From: Bacteroidales bacterium
GTDB lineage: Bacteria > Bacteroidota > Bacteroidia > Bacteroidales > UBA3824
Length of the DNA: 64,000 nucleotides
Direction: 5' to 3'
Assembly: GCA_017417315.1 (NCBI GenBank)
Contig: JAFPZK010000045.1
Span: 20,757-84,756 of the forward strand
The notes under the pieces were generated by a model. It was not told where the DNA came from. It did not search any database and saw only the letters and a program-made list of their open reading frames with translations. Positions 57,514 through 64,000 of this stretch are shown in pieces. Position 1 is the first letter of the stretch; every line of letters starts with the position of its first letter. Both the position numbers and the translations under genes were made by a program.

Positions 57514-58163
57514 TAGTTTTAAAAGACATAAAAAAGAGTTTCTCACAACTCGAAGTTTTAAAAGGCATAAATCTGACAATTGAAGACTCTAAAATCGTTT
57601 CGATTGTCGGGGCTTCGGGTGCGGGAAAAACCACGCTTTTACAAATAGCCGGCACACTTCTTAAAGCCGATTCGGGCGAAGTTAACATCGGCGGAATAGA
57701 TGCAGGCAAGTTGTCGGGGAAAAAGTTAGCGGAGTTCAGAAACAAAAACATAGGTTTTGTGTTTCAGTTTCACCACCTTTTGCCGGAATTTAATGCGATT
57801 GAAAACGTCTGCATACCGGCTCTTATCGGCGGGAAAAATCAAAAAGAAGCCGAAAAACGTGCGTTAGAATTGTTAAGTTTCTTGAATCTTTCTCACCGCA
57901 CGACACACAAACCGAGCGAACTTTCAGGCGGAGAGCAGCAAAGAGTTGCAATCGCGAGGGCATTAATCAACGACCCTGAAGTAATTTTTGCGGACGAGCC
58001 GTCAGGAAACCTCGATTCAAAAAACCGTGAAGAACTTCATAATTTGTTTTTTCAACTTCGGGACACTTTCAAGAAAACTTTTGTCATTGTTACTCACGAC
58101 GATAATTTTGCCGCAACCAGCGACAGAATTATCAGAATCAAAGACGGAAAAATAGAAGAATAA
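57510..58163 (+). CDS. lolD: ABC transporter ATP-binding protein (LolD/FtsE-like)
   Basis: [34 protein letters not shown]. Confidence 0.85.
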   Translation: MIVLKDIKKSFSQLEVLKGINLTIEDSKIVSIVGASGAGKTTLLQIAGTLLKADSGEVNIGGIDAGKLSGKKLAEFRNKNIGFVFQFHHLLPEFNAIENVCIPALIGGKNQKEAEKRALELLSFLNLSHRTTHKPSELSGGEQQRVAIARALINDPEVIFADEPSGNLDSKNREELHNLFFQLRDTFKKTFVIVTHDDNFAATSDRIIRIKDGKIEE

Positions 58164-58177
58164 AAGTTAAAATAAAA

Positions 58178-58214
58178 CCTCCGCTTGAAAAAGTATTTCA
58201 AACGGAGGTTTTTT
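58178..58214. terminator. bidirectional rho-independent terminator
   Basis: CCTCCGCTTGAAA (58178-90) pairs with TTTCAAACGGAGG (58196-208) with one mismatch, followed by T6. Confidence 0.8.
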
Positions 58215-58233
58215 ATGACTATAACCAAGATTT

Positions 58234-58731
58234 TTAATCCTCTTCTTCGGCAATTCCGAACACTGTGTCATAAAACGTAAGGCTCGGACGTGAATAACCA
58301 GAACTTCTGCGAAATACAATTCTTAAATTCTTTCCTGACCACTCCCATCTATAAAATGCTATAACTCTCGGATTTGCACCTTCTTTTTCCACTGTATATT
58401 TGGTATTGAGGTCGTCAATAATCGCCTTACATTCTTTTGGGGCACCTATACGTCCGGAGTGATTTTGTTGAACATCAACGAATGTTACAATTTTGTCCGA
58501 ATTATAATGTACGTAAATGTCAGCACTTTCAAAAGCCATAAAATGTGCTTCGAGTTTTACCTCGTCATCATCTTGATATTCAAGAAATTTTGCACCTTTT
58601 TCTTTTAGATTTTCCACAAAATCCTTGACATTACCACCCATTGGTATGCCCCAAAATTCACCATGCTCTGTTTGTGCTTTCAGTCCCAATGATAATTGCA
58701 CAAGAAAAAGCAGTAATAATACTTTTTTCAT
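58234..58731 (-). CDS. secreted hypothetical protein
   Basis: Signal peptide ...GLKA|QTEH. No recognisable motifs. Confidence 0.5.
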   Translation of the reverse strand: MKKVLLLLFLVQLSLGLKAQTEHGEFWGIPMGGNVKDFVENLKEKGAKFLEYQDDDEVKLEAHFMAFESADIYVHYNSDKIVTFVDVQQNHSGRIGAPKECKAIIDDLNTKYTVEKEGANPRVIAFYRWEWSGKNLRIVFRRSSGYSRPSLTFYDTVFGIAEEED

Positions 58732-58968
58732 TTTGATTAATCGTTTTTTCTGCCAATTCCCAAAGCAGAGGTTATTATTTTTATCAGTCCATAGAAAAAA
58801 TAAAAAACGTGGGAATTCTACTTGTCAAAAACAAAGCACAAGTAACGTCTTTATATTTTCAAGGTGTGCCGCTGCTACGGGAGCAAACGCCACGCCGCAA
58901 ATATACTAAAAAAACTTATAACTCGTGGAAATCTATGATTTTTTTTGAGATTTCCACGGGTTATAAGA

Positions 58969-59928
58969 TTATCCTATCTTTTTATCTTTGACATGTTTTT
59001 CAAAATCCTCATCGGAAAGTACTCTGTCGTACTCATTTTGTTTTACCTTTTGAATCGTGATGGTATCGTTAACGTTAGTTATAAAAGTCTTAAAATCAGG
59101 CGAATCTTCTACCAAACGGTTTAAAGTGTCCCAATCAATGATTTCGTGATAACGGGCGGGACAAATTATTTCGGAATCCTCAATATTTTCAGCGTCAAGT
59201 TTGATAATGCCTATGCCAAATGAGTTTGAAAGCCTTTGAAGTTCCGTTTGAAATTCAGCGTCTTCGTCGATTTTCAACGCCACAAGATAGCCTTCGTTTG
59301 CCCACGATGAATTTGATACAGCCTGAAAGAAATATTCTCGAAGATGAGCAAAGTTTAACTCTTTTTTCATCTCAAACGAAAACATCTTGATCGAATTGAC
59401 ATATAATGATTTCTGCAAGTTGGTTGTTGATGTTTCATAATCGTTAAAAGGATAGTAAACACCTACTAAATCGGGGTGCAACCACTTGTTGAAACCTTGA
59501 ATCTTTTTTGCCGAGTTTTCGTGAAAGATGGTTTTTGTATAGCACTTAAAATGCTGATTTGTATTTACATATTTCACTAATAGCGGATGAAGGTCGCGCT
59601 CGTTGTATGTGCTTGTGATTTTTTCAGCGGCAATTTCCTGTTTTTCAACGGCTTTTTCTATGTCGGCTTTTTTCAAGTCGTTGCCACGCAGCATAAACAG
59701 TGCGGGACGTTTGGAAACCTGAACAAATTTAGATTCTTCACCATTGTCGCGGATGTCGACATAGAGACGTGCGCCGATAGATGCCGACGGTGTTTTGCCC
59801 GTAGTGCCAAGTTGCTTGTCCAAGCCAATCTCAACGGCTTTTTTCCAAATAGCGTCAGGTGTTAGAGGCGCGTTTTCCTTTGCCAAAACATCATAGCAAA
59901 GGTCACTGAATGTGTATTTGTTTTTCAT
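58969..59928 (-). CDS. HARE-HTH domain protein with a C-terminal PD-ExK nuclease-like domain
   Basis: N-terminus is FSDLCYDVLAKENAPLTPDAIWKKAVE...TPSASIGARLYVDIRDNGEESKFVQV (HARE-HTH pattern). C-terminus is WLHPDLVGV...MFSFEMK...FQAV...GIGIIKL (PD...ExK). Confidence 0.6.
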   Translation of the reverse strand: MKNKYTFSDLCYDVLAKENAPLTPDAIWKKAVEIGLDKQLGTTGKTPSASIGARLYVDIRDNGEESKFVQVSKRPALFMLRGNDLKKADIEKAVEKQEIAAEKITSTYNERDLHPLLVKYVNTNQHFKCYTKTIFHENSAKKIQGFNKWLHPDLVGVYYPFNDYETSTTNLQKSLYVNSIKMFSFEMKKELNFAHLREYFFQAVSNSSWANEGYLVALKIDEDAEFQTELQRLSNSFGIGIIKLDAENIEDSEIICPARYHEIIDWDTLNRLVEDSPDFKTFITNVNDTITIQKVKQNEYDRVLSDEDFEKHVKDKKIG

Positions 59929-59987
59929 AATTTCATTTTTTTAAAGAGCAAGGATAAAAATCCTCGCCCTGAATGTTAATCAATTAG

Positions 59988-60548
59988 TTAGCGTTTAATA
60001 ACTTTGTCGAACTTAGCCCGCATTGTCAGACCTTTGAAATTAAGGGCAACAATCTGACCTTGTGAGGCGGTATCAACAGATTTGCCGTCGGTTTCGATAG
60101 CGTCAACGGAGGCAGTTTGAAAAATTCCATCGCTTGGTTCGGCATAAATTATTGGGTCGCCAACGTTAATGCTGCCCGAAAGAATTTTACCTTTTACGAT
60201 GATGCCTTTGCCTTTGAGCGGCGATTGCTCGGTAACGGAAATTTCGCAATGATTTCGTTCTGTGTCAATGCTTTCAATAACGAGATTATCAAAATCTGTA
60301 AGTGATTTTGGCGCAATACTACCAAGAAGAAGTCCTACTATTTCTCCTTCTGTTGTAATATTGAAAAATTTTTCAATAACTTTTTTGTCTGTTTCAATAC
60401 CATTTACAAACGATTTCAAACCGTTATTCAAAACTACTTCGTCGCCCAAATCAACTGTACCCGATTCTATGCAACCCAAAAACATGTAGCCACGACCTGA
60501 AATATGAAACACTTCATTGACTGGCATTTTAAAATGTTGATTTTCCAT
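59988..60548 (-). CDS. stand-alone protein made of two EF-Tu domain-II-like beta-barrels (no GTPase domain)
   Basis: FKMPVNEVFHISGRGYMFLGCIESGTVDLGDEVVL... and ...LKGKGIIVKGKILSGSINVGDPIIY...QGQIVALNFKG each follow the pattern PF.m.i..vf.i.GrG.v..G.v.sG.i..GD.v......G..vG.ll.G. Confidence 0.5.
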   Translation of the reverse strand: MENQHFKMPVNEVFHISGRGYMFLGCIESGTVDLGDEVVLNNGLKSFVNGIETDKKVIEKFFNITTEGEIVGLLLGSIAPKSLTDFDNLVIESIDTERNHCEISVTEQSPLKGKGIIVKGKILSGSINVGDPIIYAEPSDGIFQTASVDAIETDGKSVDTASQGQIVALNFKGLTMRAKFDKVIKR

Positions 60549-60578
60549 ATATGATTAAGTTTTAAAATTTTGACTAAA

Positions 60579-63500
60579 TTATTGTACTATCAAATTTTCT
60601 ACGCCGTCCAATTCTCCTTTTTTGATACCTGATACAAGTATTCCGACTTTGTCGCCCGGAGTGGCAATAGCAGCGTCATTGTCGAACTCATCAACAACGC
60701 CATACAAACCGTTGCTGAGGTAGATTGTGTCGCCGAGTTCAATTTGTCCAGACTCTACCGTACCGCTTAAAAGATAACCTTTGCGACCTTCAATCCAATA
60801 TATACCGTCCACAACCATTTTGAACGGTTCGTCAAATACTTCATTTGTGGATGGAATGTCAATTGGTTGAACTTTGCTGTTATGTTCTCTTATTTTCGCC
60901 TCATCTGCCTTTACAGGACATTGCGACTTAGCAAACAGTTCTTGTTTTGTAGGTTGTGTGTCGGGTTTTACTACCCTTTTTTTGTCGATTGTAATGACAT
61001 CTTCTTTGTTAATCTGTTGCTCTGAAAGTTCTTGCGCTTTCATTTCTTCATACCGTTTTGTGTCAGCCTTGTTGAGTTTGAAGCCAACCACGCTTTCTAT
61101 TTCATAGCATAAGCCCCAACTGCAAAGTGTTTTTTCTGCATAAAATGTCCTATTGTTGTCCATATCAGCAAGACTATCGATGTCGGATTCGGGAGAACTT
61201 TCTACGATGGAATCGTCTGTGTATGGTTTCAGTTTCACGAGCAAAAGACTGCCTGAACTATCGTGCGAATTACGGAACAAAATGTAGTCGTATTTTCGTA
61301 AAACAAATGGGAATACTCCATCGTTGTACGATTCAATTCCTATAATTTTACTCATATCAATAGGAATGTCGGTGCGTATTTTGTATTTGACAGGAGAATC
61401 CGGCGATTGTTCTATGTATCTTGATGCTGTATTTTGGTTTATGTTCCTATGTTCTGTTGTTTGATAACCGAAAATCATCGCAAATAAAAATTCACTTGCA
61501 AGTGTTAGCCTCAACACATTGTCGCCGTCGGGGTCAACACCGAGTCCATCGGGTGTAATTACTTCTTTATCTGTTAATACTGCGCCGTTAAGTGCATACA
61601 TTACTTTTTTAATGTGTGTTGGAACAATCAAAACAGGCCAATAGAACGGTGTATCGCGCCATCCGTCTTCTTTTTTGCCGTTTTGCCTCAGCAACATCAA
61701 CACAGGGTAATCGACAGCCGCCGCCCGAGAAGGTGCTGTGTCACTATTTCCGTCGTCAGGAGCGTCAATATATTTTCCATTTTCACGGAGACGGCTCATA
61801 TTACGGTTGTCTGCATAGTGAATTAGCACTTTGGGTGATTCCTTGTCTTGAAGTGAATATTCTATGGCTGCAAGCATTTCATTTGCATCCCATTCAAGCC
61901 CAACATTAAATGTACAGATAGTATTATCTTCGTAAATAAATGTACTGCGTATCTTCTTAATGATGTCTTGCGCAACGGCAGAATCCATCTCGAAGAAACC
62001 GTTTTTCTCAAACCCTGCCGTAGATTTTACAATCGAATCAATCTCAGCGATTGTATTTGAAATAGCAGTCTTAGTTCCGGTTTGGAATCCAGACGGCACA
62101 ATACGTTGCGACGGCGTTATCATCGTAACGTTGGTTAGTTTTATTTTTGAGTTGGCGCAGGGTTTAATGTGCTTATCGTAACCGATAAATTCAGTGGCAA
62201 AATTGCTGTCAATATCTTCGTCACCAACCATTTTGCTAAGTCGGTCTCGCAAATCCTCGTCTATTTGGTGTATGCGTTTCAAGAACGTATAAATGCCGAT
62301 TGTGGTGAAGAAGCGTGTTACCGACATATCCTCTTTGCTGCGGTTGCCATACATTCGGGCGTGCTGCAAAACTGTATCCATTTGAAAGTTTTGAGGGTCG
62401 CGACCGTAGAAAAAGCACAACATATTGTCGATGGTAATGCCTCGATCAAGGATACTGCCACCTATAAAAATATTGGCAGTGTTGTCAAGTCGAAGTTGTC
62501 CGCTGTCATTCAAGTTTTCGGAAACTTCATTGTCAGAATTGATGATTTTGACAGAATAATCATTTTCGTTGAAAATCCGAATGATACGGTCGCGAATTTC
62601 TTGTTTAGATGGGAAATCAATGTTTTTGACACCGGCTTTTTGCGCCTTCGTGTTAGATTCCTTGAAATCGTCAAAAGCAATGTCATACATTGATTCCAAT
62701 CGCAAGTCTGCCTTGTCATTTTTGTCATATAAGAAACCATCGCGAATGTCATCTATAAGTCTCATACTGAGTTTCTTTTGCCATTCGTGTGCATCTTTGT
62801 CGGTATCAACGTGAATGAGACAACTTGTAAAACATTCCAAATTTTGTTTCTCCCTTTGAATGGAACGTATGGCAGCGGCAGTGAAATAAAATACAAGTGT
62901 TTTTGTAATATTTTTGATATTGTCAGATGCTATGCCGTTGTTGATGTAACGTGCGTTGCGTTTGCCCAAAATCGAAATGCACTTTTCGTCTACCGGCACA
63001 AACAGATTTGAATACATTGAATTATCATCTTCTGATTCCTCAAAGTATTGCTTTCCACCCACATATTTGTCGTGAACAGGCACAAGTTCTGTATGGCGCG
63101 GCTTGAAATGTGGCACTAATCCGTTAGAATCGAGGTTGAGATACCCGTCCGGCTGCAAATAGAGTGCATAAGGCGTGGCTGTTACCTGCAAGTAGCGGCA
63201 ATATTCAGGAATAGAAAGAAACTCCATTATTTGACTACTGATTTTTGCCATAGTGCTTACATTGTTTGACCTTCTAAAATTGCAACTTGCAAAATCAGCC
63301 TCATCATCAACTACAAGTACTTTTTTCTTTTTGAGGTATGGCGACTTCACGTTGAACAGATTGATTAAGTGCTTGATGTTGGTAGTCTCTTTTTTGCAGA
63401 CTATTATGATTTTTGAACGTTTTGCAACACTCTCTTGAAGACCATTTTTCTTAAATTTTTCGAGAATATCGTAGATTTCTACTCTTCCCTTTTGGTTGAG

Positions 63501-63830
63501 TGTACCATCGGACTTAAACCATTGAAAATCTCGTAGTAAACGATTGAGAGTTTGTGATGCAAGTGTTTTTGTTCCCTTTGTCATCACAATGCATACATCA
63601 ATTCCATGGTCAAAACACAAACCGATTATGTTTTCAAAAGTGTTGGTTTTTCCACACTGTATTTTACCAAGCAAAAGAACGGGTTCTATTGCGTTTGGCT
63701 TGTTGCTGAGTAGCGATTTTACTGTGTTTTCAATACAATCACAAAGTTCTTTGGAGTATGGAAATACTGATTTCTCTCGCAATGTGTTGTAGAAGTATTC
63801 CTCTACTTGATTGTTGTTACTTTGTATCAT
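60579..63830 (-). CDS. Z1-domain SF2-like ATPase fused to a C-terminal EF-Tu domain-II-like beta-barrel
   Basis: LLLGKIQCGKT (Walker A), VLVVDDEADFAS (DEAD-like), VTATPYAL, IFIGGSILDRGITIDNMLCFFYGRDPQNFQMDTVLQHARMYGNR (Z1 core). The last 82 aa are PFKMVVDGIYWIEGRKGYLLSGTVESGQIELGDTIYL...GDKVGILVSGIKK. Start moved to ATG 63830; the track start at 63872 is TTG. Confidence 0.65.
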   Translation of the reverse strand: MIQSNNNQVEEYFYNTLREKSVFPYSKELCDCIENTVKSLLSNKPNAIEPVLLLGKIQCGKTNTFENIIGLCFDHGIDVCIVMTKGTKTLASQTLNRLLRDFQWFKSDGTLNQKGRVEIYDILEKFKKNGLQESVAKRSKIIIVCKKETTNIKHLINLFNVKSPYLKKKKVLVVDDEADFASCNFRRSNNVSTMAKISSQIMEFLSIPEYCRYLQVTATPYALYLQPDGYLNLDSNGLVPHFKPRHTELVPVHDKYVGGKQYFEESEDDNSMYSNLFVPVDEKCISILGKRNARYINNGIASDNIKNITKTLVFYFTAAAIRSIQREKQNLECFTSCLIHVDTDKDAHEWQKKLSMRLIDDIRDGFLYDKNDKADLRLESMYDIAFDDFKESNTKAQKAGVKNIDFPSKQEIRDRIIRIFNENDYSVKIINSDNEVSENLNDSGQLRLDNTANIFIGGSILDRGITIDNMLCFFYGRDPQNFQMDTVLQHARMYGNRSKEDMSVTRFFTTIGIYTFLKRIHQIDEDLRDRLSKMVGDEDIDSNFATEFIGYDKHIKPCANSKIKLTNVTMITPSQRIVPSGFQTGTKTAISNTIAEIDSIVKSTAGFEKNGFFEMDSAVAQDIIKKIRSTFIYEDNTICTFNVGLEWDANEMLAAIEYSLQDKESPKVLIHYADNRNMSRLRENGKYIDAPDDGNSDTAPSRAAAVDYPVLMLLRQNGKKEDGWRDTPFYWPVLIVPTHIKKVMYALNGAVLTDKEVITPDGLGVDPDGDNVLRLTLASEFLFAMIFGYQTTEHRNINQNTASRYIEQSPDSPVKYKIRTDIPIDMSKIIGIESYNDGVFPFVLRKYDYILFRNSHDSSGSLLLVKLKPYTDDSIVESSPESDIDSLADMDNNRTFYAEKTLCSWGLCYEIESVVGFKLNKADTKRYEEMKAQELSEQQINKEDVITIDKKRVVKPDTQPTKQELFAKSQCPVKADEAKIREHNSKVQPIDIPSTNEVFDEPFKMVVDGIYWIEGRKGYLLSGTVESGQIELGDTIYLSNGLYGVVDEFDNDAAIATPGDKVGILVSGIKKGELDGVENLIVQ

Positions 63831-64000
63831 TGTCTTTTCTTTTAAGTTTATATTTTCTCCATTCTTCTGCAAAACCCCGAATCAGACTTTATTATAAAAA
63901 AACAAAAATGCGCAGGTTTTTGGCTTAATGCCCGTCCCGAACATTGAGGCTTTGGCCTTGCCCGATAGATAGGAACGAGCAACGCCTCTGCCTACGCAAT

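Noticed and set aside
63873-64000. GC-richer tail at the window edge with short ORFs on both strands.
   Set aside because: It is too short and truncated to call. No recognisable motif, tRNA-like fold or repeat was found.

Overview
The window looks like a chromosomal segment of a Bacteroidota (Bacteroidales-like) genome. Supporting signs are TAnnTTTG-type -7 promoter boxes, a T9SS C-terminal sorting domain, a BspA-type LRR protein, Gln at +1 of signal-peptidase I substrates, and DUF3791-like small genes. All assignments come from reading motifs in the translations; no database search was possible.

Housekeeping blocks:
- Partial TonB-dependent-receptor operon with two tandem paralogous lipoproteins and a beta-barrel.
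- tRNA-Gly(GCC).
- apbE plus an orphan CheW-like gene.
- Phasin-like pair plus a UbiB/ABC1 kinase.
- AddA/UvrD-type helicase-nuclease, ldcA, gpsA and an acyltransferase.
- nrdDG.
- An iorAB-paaK-ACT-aminotransferase operon.
- sixA, glutaminyl cyclase and lolD.

Accessory and unusual regions:
1. 21.0-26.0 kb: a divergent locus. It holds a 949-aa membrane / REase-like / coiled-coil / TPR / WD40 protein, a 21-nt poly(A) tract, a degenerate ADP-ribosylglycohydrolase-like gene, and a ParM-like actin-fold protein whose phosphate-1 hairpin appears moved to the C-terminus.
2. 26.0-29.9 kb: a rearrangement hotspot with three copies or remnants of an ATPase gene around a Fic cassette, preceded by twin conserved hairpins.
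3. 30.0-37.5 kb: a 176-bp inverted-repeat or structured element, a P-loop gene, and a frameshift-split giant BspA-LRR / 210-bp-repeat / T9SS adhesin.
4. 37.5-49.9 kb: a 12.4-kb aryl-polyene/flexirubin-like lipid gene cluster.
5. 59.0-63.8 kb: the most novel candidate. It is a three-gene defence-like module: a Z1-family ATPase fused to an EF-Tu domain-II-like barrel, a stand-alone double barrel protein, and a HARE-HTH/PD-ExK nuclease.
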